The position numbers and the translations under genes are program-made. The notes beneath the pieces are model-generated. The model saw only the letters and a list, made by a program, of their open reading frames with translations. It was not told where the DNA came from and searched no databases. A DNA stretch of 64,000 nucleotides from contig JBDUEE010000003.1 of NCBI GenBank assembly GCA_040002615.1, positions 9,671 through 73,670 on the forward strand, read 5' to 3'. Positions 1 through 10,440 of this stretch are shown here, one piece after another. How positions within the stretch are numbered: position 1 is the stretch's first letter; each line of letters opens with the position of its first letter. The DNA is from Chloroflexota bacterium. Its GTDB lineage: Bacteria > Chloroflexota > Limnocylindria > QHBO01.

Positions 1-3000
1 ACCGCGCCGGCGTTGCCGTCGCCGTAGCCGAAATGCGGACCCACGCTGCGGGTGACGTTGTCGTTGGCGTCGTAGCCGATATCGGTCCAGATCAGGAGGC
101 CCTCGGCCAGGTCGGTCGACTTGGGGGTGCTCTGGCGTCCGGGGCGGCCGAATTCGTCGTAGTCGAAGAAGGTGCGGTATGAGCGCGGGGCGGCGCCTGC
201 TGGCGGCGACTGGTGGCGCCCGTCCTGCAGCCAGATCAGGTTGCCGTCGTCGTCGAAGTTCGAGGTCGTCGTCCGCAGCGGCGTGCCGGTAGGGCTGGTC
301 AGCCCTTCCTTGACACGCGTGGCCAGGCCGTTGCGGTCGTACTGCTCGTAGAGGGTGATATCGCCCCGCGCGTCGGTGCGCCGAGTGAGCAGCTTGGTGG
401 TTGCGTCGTAGAGGTAGGTGGTGGCGAAATCCTCGGGGTCGGCGGTCGAGGTCAGGTTGCCGTCGGTGTCGTATCCGAAGGTCCAGCGGAAGTCGTCGGT
501 GGGAGTCGGCGTGGCGACGCCCTTGGGGTCGGTCTTGTGGAAGAGCTGGGAGATGTGCGGGATGGTGCGACCGGCGCGCCACTTGCCGGTCACGTCGTTG
601 GCGTCGGCCGCGATGTTGGTGTAATCGAGTGCCGTCTCGGCGAACACTGGGCTGGCGTCGGTGCCGGAGATCTTGACCTTGCGGCTGGTCAGGTAGCCGT
701 TGTCGTTGTAGGTGAACCGCTGCAGGCCGGTGCCGGGCTCGTTGAGCTCGGTGACGGCAAAGTCGGCGCTCCATTGCAGCGTGGTGGTGCGGCTGGCAGG
801 ATCGAGGATGGCGGTCACCTTGCCGTCGTCGTCGTAGGTGAAGGTGCTCACCCGGCTCAGAGGCGCCGTCAGGGTGGTTGTCTGGGCGCCCAGGTTGTAG
901 GCGAAGCTGGTCCGCTTGGCCGTGCGATCATCGCGATCCTTCAGCCGCCATCGCAGCTGCGACGAGCCCGGGCCGTAGTAGGTCAGGATGGTTTCGAGCT
1001 TGTTGACGTCGCCCTGGCTGCGCGGGTCGCGGATCGAGTAGATCCGCGTGCTCTGGTTCGGGGTCTTCGCGACCGGCGCGATACGGTCACCCACTGCAGG
1101 GATGGCCGGCGCCGCGCCAGACGAGGTGGTGTAGGTGAACACAAAGCTGCGGTCGGGGAGGAAGCTGCCGTCGGCGTTGGTGCCGCCGGCCTGAGTGATG
1201 CGCAGCAGGTTGCCGTCCTCGTAGTAGTCGAAACGGAGGGCCGAGCCGTTGTGGTCGCTGATCGAGCGGATCTTGCCGCGCACCTGCGGCTTCTTGGCCT
1301 CGGCCTTGGTGTAGTAGGTGATGGTGAACTTCTTCGAGTCGCCGGCGAGCACGCCGTTGCGGTAGTTGTCGCGGACCTCGGTGACGCGCTTGGTCGGACC
1401 GCCGGGGTCCTCGCCGGCCGGCGTGGTCTCGAGCACGAACTGGAGCTCGTTGCCGTTCCGGTCGCGCACGAAGGTCGGGAAGCCTTCGACGTCGAAGAAG
1501 AAGGTGACCCGGTCCGGACGGGTGATGGCCCACGTTCGCGTGGGGCCGGCATCGGCGCCGGTGTAGGCGCGCAGGTAGAGGTGCACCCCGGGCGGCTCCT
1601 CCCAGTAGGTGACCTGGCCGGCGGTCTTGCCTTCGAAGCGGTGGGTGGTGCCGTCGCCGTCGGTGAACTCGATCCAGCGGTTGCCCTGCCCGTTGACCGC
1701 GTGCAGGTCGAGTGGCTCGCCGAAGCGGGTCAGGCTGCTGAGCGCCAGGCTCCAACTGTTCCCGATCGGCGAGTGAGAGCGGTCCTCAAGGCTGTTGTAG
1801 GTCAGCGACAGCACGCTCGACAGACCGCGGCCGGGCTCGGCCCACGGCGACCAATGCAGCAATGTGTTGCCATTGGCGACGTTGACGAGCTGGGTCATGC
1901 CGGCGCCGACGTCCTCGGCCCAGTAGTGGAAGTAGCGTTCCAGGCCAAGGGCGCTCGACAGCTCCCGATCGACGGCCAGCGCCTTTCCCAGGTTGGTGCG
2001 CTGCTCGGCAGGTTGGTTGCCCTTTTGGCTGAACCAGGTGGCAGTGATGGGACCGTTGCCATCGGTGTCCGGGCGATACAGGTCGACGCGCAGCTGGTAC
2101 TCGGCCAGCTGGGTGTCGCCGCACAGCTTGGGCGTCAGGATGGTGAGCGGGATGCTCTTCTGGCCGCCAGCTTGGATCGTGCCCGGTACGTCGCCGGCCT
2201 CGCCCTCGAAGATGACTTCCCCGCGCAGGGTGTTCGGCGTGGGGGTGGCGCCGTCCACGCTCTGGACTGGGCGGTACCAGCGATACCAGACGCGCAGGTC
2301 ATCTTGTGCGGTCCAGGCCAGCGTGCTGGTGTTGGTGACGCGAACCGTGGCTGAGTACCCCGCACCGTCGGCTTGGTTCAGTGGATCGGTGGTGCAGGCT
2401 CCGGCTGGAGCGGTGCCGCTCCCCGGCGTGGAGTCGTACGGCTGTGCCGCCAGGGTCCGGATGATCGAGCCGTTTGGCAGGTTTCCGCCTCCGGCCTTCG
2501 TCGGGTCGGGCGTGCGCCCACCGGCCAGTTGGTCCTCGTACATGAAGCCCGGCGGTGCCGCTCCAGGCAGAAATTCGATGGTGGCCTTGTAGATGCTGCC
2601 GGTTGGACGGTTCGCGACCGTCACCGACTGAGCGGCAGATGTGGTGACCTGGCCGCCACTGTCGTACACGCGGGCGGTAAGGGCATAGGTGCCGTCATAT
2701 GCGGTCAGCAGCGGGTCGAGCGTGTCCCAGCTGATGCTGTAATCGTCCCCGTTGGCCACGCTCGTGTCGGCGTCGATCAGGTAGTCGTCGAAGAAGAACT
2801 CGACGCGGTCCACGCCGCCCGCCGCAGCGGCATCTGCGCCGACCGTCAACGTGCCCGACACGGGATTGGCGGGCGCGGCGAGGAGAATGGTTGGCGCGGC
2901 CTTGTTATAGACGCTGACGGTGATCGCCGCCGAGGTGGTCTGGTTGCCGGCGTCGTCGGTGGCGCGGGCCGACAGGGTGTGGTTCCCGTTCAGCGAGCCC

Positions 3001-5495
3001 GTGTTCCAGGTGGCCTCGTACGGGGCAGTCGTATCGGTACTGAGCGGGGCGCCATCGACGAAGAACTCGACGCTGGCAACGGCCCCGTCGTCGTGCGCCG
3101 TGGCGGCGATGGCGACGGCGGCGCCGCTGACCTGTGCAGCGGAGCCAGGCTTGGAGATCGACACGCGTGGCGCGGCGTCGGGCAGCGTCTCGGAGTAGGT
3201 GACCAGCAGCTTGGGCCGCAGGGTGGGGGCGACGTCGAAGTCGTCGGTGTAGAACGCGAAGTCCTTGCCAGCGCCCAGCGTCTCGCTGCTGGCGCGGACC
3301 AGCATGCCGTGGTTTGGCTGGCTGCCGTTCACCCAGCTACTGACCAGCGACGTCACGTCGAAGGTGTCCCAACCACCGCCGGTGCGGTCGGAGGTGGTCA
3401 GCGTGGCCGAGGCGGTGGCGTTGTAGTCACCGCCGGCGGTGGTCCAGGCCGAGGTGCCGTAAGGGTCCTGCCACGAGGCGCCCGAGGCGTCGCAGCTGGT
3501 ACCGCCCGCTCCCTCGCGCCAGGCTCGGCTGGCGCGGTGGACCTTGACCTGGCCGACCACCGCGGTGGTGGGTTCGTAGTAGTAGCTGAAGGCCGCCGCG
3601 CTCACCGTGGCACTGGCGGGGATATCGCGCAGGCTGAACTCGAACAGCCCGCGCCGAATGCCGTCGATGGTCGGGCCCAACCGGCTGATCGGCTGGTTCC
3701 CCGCGTTCTGACAGGTGACATTGATGTTCTGGATGCGGGCCACCTTGCCGTCTGTTGGATCGGGCTGGAGGGTCACCGTCGCCGTGCCGGCGGCGGGCAG
3801 GGTGACGCGACGCTGGTTCGAGGCGCTGCCGTTGACGACCACCGCGTAGCTGAACGTGCCGCCAGCGCGCGCGGTGGTGTCGGTGTAGGCAGTCGCGTTG
3901 TCGGCACGGATGGTGGTCAGCCTGGTCGCGGCCGACGGCGTGAAGTTGGCAGTCGCGGAGCGGTGGACCTCGTAGCCGGTGAAGGTCGGGCCGACGTACT
4001 TGCTCCAGTGCAGCTCGGCGCCGGTCGCGTGCAGCAGGTTCGGCTCGGCGAGCACCAGGCCATCACCCGACCAGGTCACGATCAGTCGAGGCTCGATGGA
4101 ATCGTCGGTCGAGGTGTTCCCTTGGGTCGAGGGCCCGTTGGTGTTCAATGCTTGCGGGCTGCGGCGAACCATGAATCCGTGGTTGGGCTGGGTGCCGAGG
4201 AACCAGTCGTTGACCGTGGTCGTGACGCCCCAGGTCATCCATTGGGCCGGCGGCGCGGTCTCGCCGCTGCCCGGTGCCGGCAACGTGTAGCCGGCAAGTG
4301 GTGTGCCGGCCCAGGTCAGCGTCGAGTAGGTGCTGTTGGCGTAGTCCCAGTCGCTGGTCATGCGATGGACGTTCAGCAGATGGCTCGTTCCACCGCAGCC
4401 TGAGCTGATGCACACCCGGTCGAAGTAGACACCCAGCTCAGCCGAGGTGATCGTGGCACCGGCTGGAATGTCACCGATGTTGAACCTGAGGGTCTGGACC
4501 CAGGCGGTGGTGCTGTTGCCACCGACGTTGCGGCGTCCGCCGGCGGTGGGTGAGCATCCGCCGCAGCTGGACCGGAAGCTGAGGTTCGAGGTGGGCGGCC
4601 CGATGACCAGCGTGGGGTCGAGGCGCACCGGAAAGGCTCGGCCGGGTGCCGACAGCCACTCGGGGTCGACCGACAGATCGATCGCGAGCTGACCTGCTAC
4701 TTCGGTGATCTCGATCTTCGCGTTCTCGGACTGGCCATCCATGCCATCGCCATCAGCGTCCTCGGCGAAGGGCCGGGTCAACACGAACAGCGGCTCATCC
4801 AAGTCCGGTGCCCACAGGGCCCATGAGCCATCGCCCAGCAGCTCGGGCACCAGCCCGCCCTTCGGGACCGTCATCAAGAATCGGAACGAGGAAGGCGCGT
4901 TCGCGTCACGCAGGACCAGCGTCTCCTTTACGCCGTCCGCGGTCATGGCGTAGTCGATGTCGACGCCCGCCAGGATGCTGCGGTACGCGATTACCTCGCC
5001 GTCGCTCGTGCCTCGCTTCCCAGCTGCGCCGATGAGGCTGAGCGAGGCACGTCGGCCCTCGGATTCGATGGTCACAAAGCCGCCGACCAAGTCGCGGCGG
5101 AAGTGGGCCTGGAAGCCGTTCGCGGCGTTCTGCCAGGCATAGCCCGCCTTGTCGCTCGCGACAATCCCGGAGTCGATGACCTCCCATCGCCCTGCTTCGT
5201 CGGGGAAGTGAAGGGGCGAGGCGGCGACCGTGGTGACGTAGCGGCCGTCAGTGCCCAGGATGGTCTTCGACGTCTGGGTACGCAGCTGCGGCTGCTCGCC
5301 GGGCTCTGACGGCTGGAGGGGTGCGGGCTCAGCTGCATCCGAAGCGACCTGCAGTGCGGCAGGTGCGGCGAATGACGAGGCCGGCGCGATTGCACCGGCC
5401 TGGTAGACGATGAGTGCCGAAACTATGGCTGCCGAAAGCCGGGGCCATTGAATGGAGCCGCCCACGGTGCCCTCCGTCGTGGCGTCGGCTCCCAT
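1..5495 (-). CDS. Rhs/YD-repeat family secreted protein, N-terminal ~1830 aa (gene continues beyond window start; C-terminal toxin part not in window). Signal peptide, two DNRLRE-type domains (NHGFMVRRS / NHGMLVRASS), Ig-like repeats, then YD repeats
   Basis: Manual translation of minus strand: start ATG 5495-5493 gives MGADATTEGTVGGSIQWPRLSAAIVSALIVYQAGAIAPASSFAAPAAL (signal peptide, AxA site). Checked segments: LGTQPNHGFMVRRSPQALNT (~4140-4200), GQVTYWEEPPGVHLYLRAYT (~1561-1620), STDLAEALLIWTDIGYDANDNVTRSVGPHFGYGDGNAG (1-120), typical YDxxGNL/RL Rhs repeats. Not in ORF track because it runs off the window edge; plus-strand ORFs 213-2354 and 2373-4403 are its antisense shadows. Confidence 0.85.
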   Translation of the reverse strand, partial: MGADATTEGTVGGSIQWPRLSAAIVSALIVYQAGAIAPASSFAAPAALQVASDAAEPAPLQPSEPGEQPQLRTQTSKTILGTDGRYVTTVAASPLHFPDEAGRWEVIDSGIVASDKAGYAWQNAANGFQAHFRRDLVGGFVTIESEGRRASLSLIGAAGKRGTSDGEVIAYRSILAGVDIDYAMTADGVKETLVLRDANAPSSFRFLMTVPKGGLVPELLGDGSWALWAPDLDEPLFVLTRPFAEDADGDGMDGQSENAKIEITEVAGQLAIDLSVDPEWLSAPGRAFPVRLDPTLVIGPPTSNLSFRSSCGGCSPTAGGRRNVGGNSTTAWVQTLRFNIGDIPAGATITSAELGVYFDRVCISSGCGGTSHLLNVHRMTSDWDYANSTYSTLTWAGTPLAGYTLPAPGSGETAPPAQWMTWGVTTTVNDWFLGTQPNHGFMVRRSPQALNTNGPSTQGNTSTDDSIEPRLIVTWSGDGLVLAEPNLLHATGAELHWSKYVGPTFTGYEVHRSATANFTPSAATRLTTIRADNATAYTDTTARAGGTFSYAVVVNGSASNQRRVTLPAAGTATVTLQPDPTDGKVARIQNINVTCQNAGNQPISRLGPTIDGIRRGLFEFSLRDIPASATVSAAAFSYYYEPTTAVVGQVKVHRASRAWREGAGGTSCDASGASWQDPYGTSAWTTAGGDYNATASATLTTSDRTGGGWDTFDVTSLVSSWVNGSQPNHGMLVRASSETLGAGKDFAFYTDDFDVAPTLRPKLLVTYSETLPDAAPRVSISKPGSAAQVSGAAVAIAATAHDDGAVASVEFFVDGAPLSTDTTAPYEATWNTGSLNGNHTLSARATDDAGNQTTSAAITVSVYNKAAPTILLAAPANPVSGTLTVGADAAAAGGVDRVEFFFDDYLIDADTSVANGDDYSISWDTLDPLLTAYDGTYALTARVYDSGGQVTTSAAQSVTVANRPTGSIYKATIEFLPGAAPPGFMYEDQLAGGRTPDPTKAGGGNLPNGSIIRTLAAQPYDSTPGSGTAPAGACTTDPLNQADGAGYSATVRVTNTSTLAWTAQDDLRVWYRWYRPVQSVDGATPTPNTLRGEVIFEGEAGDVPGTIQAGGQKSIPLTILTPKLCGDTQLAEYQLRVDLYRPDTDGNGPITATWFSQKGNQPAEQRTNLGKALAVDRELSSALGLERYFHYWAEDVGAGMTQLVNVANGNTLLHWSPWAEPGRGLSSVLSLTYNSLEDRSHSPIGNSWSLALSSLTRFGEPLDLHAVNGQGNRWIEFTDGDGTTHRFEGKTAGQVTYWEEPPGVHLYLRAYTGADAGPTRTWAITRPDRVTFFFDVEGFPTFVRDRNGNELQFVLETTPAGEDPGGPTKRVTEVRDNYRNGVLAGDSKKFTITYYTKAEAKKPQVRGKIRSISDHNGSALRFDYYEDGNLLRITQAGGTNADGSFLPDRSFVFTYTTSSGAAPAIPAVGDRIAPVAKTPNQSTRIYSIRDPRSQGDVNKLETILTYYGPGSSQLRWRLKDRDDRTAKRTSFAYNLGAQTTTLTAPLSRVSTFTYDDDGKVTAILDPASRTTTLQWSADFAVTELNEPGTGLQRFTYNDNGYLTSRKVKISGTDASPVFAETALDYTNIAADANDVTGKWRAGRTIPHISQLFHKTDPKGVATPTPTDDFRWTFGYDTDGNLTSTADPEDFATTYLYDATTKLLTRRTDARGDITLYEQYDRNGLATRVKEGLTSPTGTPLRTTTSNFDDDGNLIWLQDGRHQSPPAGAAPRSYRTFFDYDEFGRPGRQSTPKSTDLAEGLLIWTDIGYDANDNVTRSVGPHFGYGDGNAGA

Positions 5496-5950
5496 GACGG
5501 CTGACCGCGGCCGTCATGCTCCGACGCGGGCACTCTGCGCTCCGTGGCTTCGGAGGTCAACTATTAGTTTCCGATCGGGTTTGACGTCGAAAGGCAACTC
5601 TTCGCGGCACCGCAGCCATTTTGCTGAGGTTTACTTCGGTGCTGGGGGAGCTCGGTATGTGGTGCGTGCGGCCGTCGGGGGGCCGTGCCGGGTATGTGAG
5701 TCGCCGGCAGCGCGGACGCCGCGGCTGAGGAGGCCAGGACGCCAGCCGCTCACCGTCCCAATCTACAAGACCTACCTGCCAATCCCTGGGACCGGCGTTC
5801 CCGGGTAAAGGCGGCCGCGACGCCAGCTGAATGACAGTGCGGCATCCGTGCGAAGTGGGAGGGCGTGGCATCCCTACGCGTCGGTGGTGTGGCCGCGTTT
5901 CCATCCTTCCCGATGGCCCGGCGGGAGGATGCGGCCTCAGAGTGCGGTCG

Positions 5951-6300
5951 ATGAGCTCCCTTGTGCCGTGGGTCTACTTTCGACGAGTGCTGGCCTCTGT
6001 GTGGCTCGTGTGCGTAGTCGTGGCTAGCGGTTGCGTCTTCAGCATGCCAACAACCGGAGCAGGCAGTATCGAAGATCTGCAGGCCGAAGATCGCTACAAC
6101 TCGATCTATGCGGAGCAAATGACGAAGTTTCAACGGGACGCACAGGAGCTATTCGCACCAACAGACACGAGTCCCGGAGTCTGCAATGCGGGTGGCAGCA
6201 AGCAAGGTTGCTATGACGCCGACGTTACGGTGATCGAGGATCTTCAAGCGATGCTACGCGCCTTGGACGCGACTGCTGTGCCTCCGCGATCTCGCTCGTC
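5951..6300 (+). CDS. small putative lipoprotein (signal peptide + lipobox VASGC); 3' end uncertain, reading frame runs into NERD gene without stop
   Basis: MSSLVPWVYFRRVLASVWLVCVVVASGCVFSMPTTGAGS... hydrophobic core followed by Cys; no in-frame stop before 6619 so true end unresolved. Confidence 0.3.
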
Positions 6301-6329
6301 AGCCTCTTCTGGGCTGGACGCTGCTGCTG

Positions 6330-6879
6330 ATGGCCATCGGCTTCACTGTGAACATCCTGTTCGTGCTGCCGAACCACATCACCGCCTGGGCCACCGGCGC
6401 CGATGGCGAGACAAGGACCGCCCGTTTCCTGGAACCGCTCCGCGCCGAGGGCTTCGCGGTGCTTCACGACCGGCGCATCCCGGGTGGCCGGGCCAACATC
6501 GACCACATCATCTATCGGACCGCCAGGGGTATTCGTGGTCGAGACCAAGTCTTTCGGCGGTTCGCTCAAGGTGCGTGGCAACGAGGTGTACGTTGCCGGA
6601 CGCCGCCGGACGGGGATGATCGACGAGGCCAAGCGAGAGGCTCTGGCGGTCCAGGTCGCCCTGGCTCCTGAGCTAGAGGCCCTTCGTATTCAGGTCGTGC
6701 CGGTCATCTGCGTCCATCGCGCCGACCTCCCGTGGTTCGGCTCCGAGGCCGGCGGAGTTCGGATCGTCTCCGGCAAAGAGCTGGTCAAGCGCCTACGCAA
6801 GGCCGATGCGCGTGTGGGACAAGACGATGTCCAAGGTCTCGCCCAGGCCGCAGCCGCCCGTCTCTCGCCTGCGGCCTGA
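6330..6879 (+). pseudogene. NERD (nuclease-related) domain protein, disrupted by a frameshift near 6505-6515
   Basis: Frame A: TM segment then WATGADGETRTARFLEPLRAEGFAVLHDRRIPGGRANIDHII; frame B continues GPPGVFVVETKSFGGSLKVRGNEVYVAGRR... Together they reconstitute the NERD signature (HD..IP....IDHIvigpxGvFviEtK). A one-base frame change lies between IDHII and GPPGVF. Confidence 0.5.
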
Positions 6880-7197
6880 CGCGAGACGCGGGGAAGGAAC
6901 TAGCGTGCTCGGCTCTCGCCGGCCGGGTAGGGCTTGACCCAGGAGAAGCTAGGCGGCAGCGGAAGACGGTGAGCCGCCTTGTTGTCAATCAGGGCCTGGC
7001 TCCACGCGGATGCCGAAAGACCCACGTCAACCCTGGTCGAACGGGCAAATGGCCTGTCGGCGGTTGACGCGCTTCATCCGAATGATCGCATCATGCGGGG
7101 CACGGCCAATGCGCTGGAGACGGCCGTCAACGCGATGCGGACGATCCTGATCAGGGCGACGTGACGCTATGAGCGCGGCGGAGTGACCGCAGCCTAA

Positions 7198-7989
7198 TCA
7201 GATTGGCTTGACGATGGCCGGCTCCCCCTGGCCCTCGCCGGGGTCGATCGTGAGCGATTCGAACGCCCAGGTGGCCGGATCGTGCTGGTTCACGTTCCGG
7301 GTCTGCCATCGGTAGGTCTGCTTGGCACGCGCGCCCTGCATGGAGAGCCACCGCAGCTCGACCCGGATCGCATCGGGGACCAATAGATCATCGGGTGGGT
7401 CGACTAGTTCCGAACCTTCCGGCTTCTCGGTGACTCGACGCCAATCGAGGTGGCGCAGCTGCACGAGGTCTCGCGCGCTGATCCGGATCTGCTCGAACGA
7501 TTCGGCCTCGCGGCCCGCGAGGACCCACACGACTGGAGCGAGTCGCGTGTACGCACGAAATGGGCCATCAGGCACGTCCTGGATCGAGAGTCCCAGCCGC
7601 AACTGCAGTGCGATGCCAGGGCCCTGGTTTTGCACCTGTACGACGATTAGGACCGTCCCGTCGGTATCGCTGGTGAGCTGCGGCCGCTCCATCCGGACGA
7701 ACGGCGTCGATGCCAAGACCCACTGGCGGCGCGATTCTCTGGTTGCCAGCTGGGTCGCATCGACGGCGTCCATGGTTGCCTTGCCTTCCTGCCGAGTCGC
7801 GTCAACGAGGCTGCGGTTGGCCAGGAAAGCTTCGACGCCGGCGGCAGCGAGCGCGATGGTGGCGACCGCTAGGACGCTTGAGACGACCGTGTCCTTCTGC
7901 TCTGCGGGCGCCCAGTTGATGACGTACACCGCCACTCCAGCAGTCGCGAGGTAGCCGAGGATTCGAAAGATGACTCTGAGGGTTTGCAC
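7198..7989 (-). CDS. hypothetical membrane protein (2 N-terminal TM helices)
   Basis: ORF 263 aa MQTLRVIFRILGYLATAGVAVYVINWAP...; plausible codon usage; no recognisable domain. Confidence 0.45.
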   Translation of the reverse strand: MQTLRVIFRILGYLATAGVAVYVINWAPAEQKDTVVSSVLAVATIALAAAGVEAFLANRSLVDATRQEGKATMDAVDATQLATRESRRQWVLASTPFVRMERPQLTSDTDGTVLIVVQVQNQGPGIALQLRLGLSIQDVPDGPFRAYTRLAPVVWVLAGREAESFEQIRISARDLVQLRHLDWRRVTEKPEGSELVDPPDDLLVPDAIRVELRWLSMQGARAKQTYRWQTRNVNQHDPATWAFESLTIDPGEGQGEPAIVKPI

Positions 7990-8398
7990 GGACTGAGGTT
8001 ACCGTCGTCCGACGAAAACGGGCAGGGCCGCCAGCGGAACAGGCGAGCAATCTGGTCATCGAGGTGCTCGCGAGCCAATTCCGGCACGTGTGCGCGAAAT
8101 CGCACAACGGCGGTTCCCACGAAGGAAGGCGCCCGCTATGCCGGACGCGGCTGGGCTAGCAGCCGTCTTCATGCCCCGTGCGCCTAGCCGCGTAGGCATC
8201 AGGTTTCGCGTACGCGAACGCAGGAGGCTGCTGCTGCCCGCCAATGCCCATCTGCGGTGGCTCCGCCGGGCTTGCTGGCACAGCGCTGAGGCGGTGCTAG
8301 TCCCAAATTAGGCGCTGAACGCCGTCCTGACTCACAGTAAGGACGTCCAGCATCATCGGGAGGGCACCCTGAGGTGGCGCAGCGATGCTATCCCGCAA

Positions 8399-9226
8399 TC
8401 AGAAATCGAGTCTGCGCGGGACGAACATGTGCATGGCCTCTCCCTCTCGGACCCGTCGGCCGTCTGGCGTCTGCACGAGGAGTGGGGCAACGTTAAACCG
8501 CATGACCGGTGCCCGCGAGCCCAAACTCAGGCCAGCCAGGATGGAGGACTGGTCAGGCCGGCCCACCACGAAGCGGTGACATCCGTCGGCCATGTCAACA
8601 TTCGATCGACGGACACGATGAGTCTCTAGCCGGAGTTCGCGCAGCCGCTTGCGCCTGGACAGCACCAATTGCTTACCAGGATCGAGTGGGAACCGGAGCT
8701 CGCCGGCGTTCTCGATGCCGACCCCTTCGAAATCATCCTTTCGTGTCGGCTTGCGCCAGACCACAACTGGAGTATCGGACGTGATCAGCCGCCGTTTCGG
8801 ATCCATCTCGAGCGTCCAATTGAGTGACAGAAGCCGAGGTACAAGCTCGTCGATCATGGCCGACGCGATTTCGATCGCGAACTCCGAGGTTGCCGCTCCG
8901 TCGTCCAGCGCCTTGGAGACATACAAGAAGGCACCTTCCGCCTCTCGCGGTCTTGGCGGAAAGCCAAGGTGCACGCTCTCCAGGTATTCGGCGACGAGCT
9001 CCTCCGACAGAGGTAGCTGCCCTGCCCACTTTGCCACCCGCGCGGGAAACATGACCTGCTCCCGATGGTGAGTGGTCCGAGTGAACTGAAGAGCGAGGAA
9101 GACGGCCAAGGCATGTCGAGCTTCCGATCCACCATCCGGCACTCCTCCAGCCTGATCGACCGACACCATCGCCTCCGCGCCTGCGCCATCTACCTCGGCG
9201 AGCATGTCCTCGACTTTCGACGACAA
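8399..9226 (-). CDS. DUF4238-family protein
   Basis: 275-aa ORF with characteristic RLITSDTPVVVW motif of DUF4238 (xITSDxPV). Confidence 0.5.
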   Translation of the reverse strand: MSSKVEDMLAEVDGAGAEAMVSVDQAGGVPDGGSEARHALAVFLALQFTRTTHHREQVMFPARVAKWAGQLPLSEELVAEYLESVHLGFPPRPREAEGAFLYVSKALDDGAATSEFAIEIASAMIDELVPRLLSLNWTLEMDPKRRLITSDTPVVVWRKPTRKDDFEGVGIENAGELRFPLDPGKQLVLSRRKRLRELRLETHRVRRSNVDMADGCHRFVVGRPDQSSILAGLSLGSRAPVMRFNVAPLLVQTPDGRRVREGEAMHMFVPRRLDF

Positions 9227-9440
9227 CTGCCCCTGTCCATCGGGGATGTCGTAGAAGCCTGACTCAACGGCGACATTTCAGCGTGTTGGTCTCGTAGGCC
9301 TTGCCATCACGCCAGCGAACCCGAACCATCTCGTTGGTCGCGAAGCGGTTTAGGTATGCACGGGGGACTTGGTGATGGCGTTTCGACCTGGCCTGCATGA
9401 GCGACCAACCTACTCCCTCGGGCGTCGAGCCCTGCGGGTT

Positions 9441-9471
9441 GGGGTATGCCTTGTCTACCTATGCGTACCCC
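9441..9471. promoter_or_regulatory. 31-bp palindromic operator-like motif GGGGTATGCCTTGTCTACCTATGCGTACCCC, 24 bp upstream of the gene at 9495; near-identical copy upstream of paralog at 41358
   Basis: Inverted repeat GGGGTA(T)GC-N13-GC(G)TACCCC; second copy (minus-strand reading) GGGGTATCCCTTGTCTACCTATGCATACCCC at 41381-41411 differs at 2 of 31 positions while the flanking genes are only ~80% identical. Confidence 0.5.
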
Positions 9472-9494
9472 GCCCTTACTGACAAACTCCACAC

Positions 9495-10436
9495 ATGTCA
9501 TTGGCGAGTGAACTGGTAGTCGGCGGCCTCTGGCGTGACGTGGTCAATTTCGCCGGACCTTCGCCTGCCCCGGCGGTATTCATCCCGCTTCTCGATGCAA
9601 TCGCGCCTAAGTGGAGCCGATGGACGCACTTCATGGGAATGATGGCCGACGTACTCCGCACGCCCGAACATCGACGGGACATTGAAGAGGAGGTCGAATG
9701 GGCGGTGATGGGCTACCGCCTATGGACTGAACATCGTGATGCGATCGAAGGCTGGGCACGTTCCAGCAGTCGCGAGGCCGTCACTGAGGAAGGTATCGAG
9801 AACTGGTGGCTAGGAGGTGAGCGTCAACGTCTCATTGTCGAGGAGCAGACGCACCTAAGAACTTTCCTGAAGCGCGTCCCGTTCACGTCACCCGAGCGAC
9901 GCCTGATTGAAGCCAGCGAGGGCCGACCAGTCCTGATCTACCGCATCCGGGAGCATATGGACTGGATCGGACAGCTGAGCGGCTTCTACAGGATTGCGGA
10001 GAAAACTTGGCCGGCTGACCCAGGGCAGAAGCACCGTTGGACTGAGGATGACCTCGAGTTCGTGAATGCGTACTACCAGGAACAGTCGCCTAGCCTCATA
10101 GCCGACGAGCACAACGGAACTTACGACCCCACTGAGATGGAGAGCGTTAGCTTTGAGGCGGGAATGGGGATGGGCGGGTCCATCGCCCTGTCGTACTGCA
10201 TGTACGTACTGATGCGAGCGGCGGTAGTCGACTTCGCCGACGAGCTGCTGGAGACGACGCGACTCCCATCTGCAAGAGGATCCATGCGCTGCATCGAGTG
10301 TGGCGTCTTCGTGGGTAGGCGAGCCCTCGGCTACGGCCAGCTCTACTGCCGTTCGACCTGCAAGAAGCGGGCGGCCAAACGCCGATATCGTGCTCGAGAG
10401 GCACACGTCCCCGCGGAAGTCGCTGCAGCAGGGTGA
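9495..10436 (+). CDS. hypothetical protein with C-terminal CGNR-like zinc ribbon (module gene A, left copy)
   Basis: 313 aa; C-terminus RCIECGVFVGRRALGYGQLYCRSTCKKRAAKRRYRAR resembles zf-CGNR (CxxC...YCSxxC..RA..R.R); paralog at 40408-41358 on opposite strand. Confidence 0.6.
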   Translation: MSLASELVVGGLWRDVVNFAGPSPAPAVFIPLLDAIAPKWSRWTHFMGMMADVLRTPEHRRDIEEEVEWAVMGYRLWTEHRDAIEGWARSSSREAVTEEGIENWWLGGERQRLIVEEQTHLRTFLKRVPFTSPERRLIEASEGRPVLIYRIREHMDWIGQLSGFYRIAEKTWPADPGQKHRWTEDDLEFVNAYYQEQSPSLIADEHNGTYDPTEMESVSFEAGMGMGGSIALSYCMYVLMRAAVVDFADELLETTRLPSARGSMRCIECGVFVGRRALGYGQLYCRSTCKKRAAKRRYRAREAHVPAEVAAAG

Positions 10437-10440
10437 AGGT

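Noticed and set aside
213-4403. Long plus-strand ORFs 213-2354 (713 aa) and 2373-4403 (676 aa)
   Set aside because: Low-complexity Val/Gly/Ala/Arg translations; they are antisense shadows of the genuine minus-strand Rhs gene, whose manual translation gives clean YD-repeat protein sequence.
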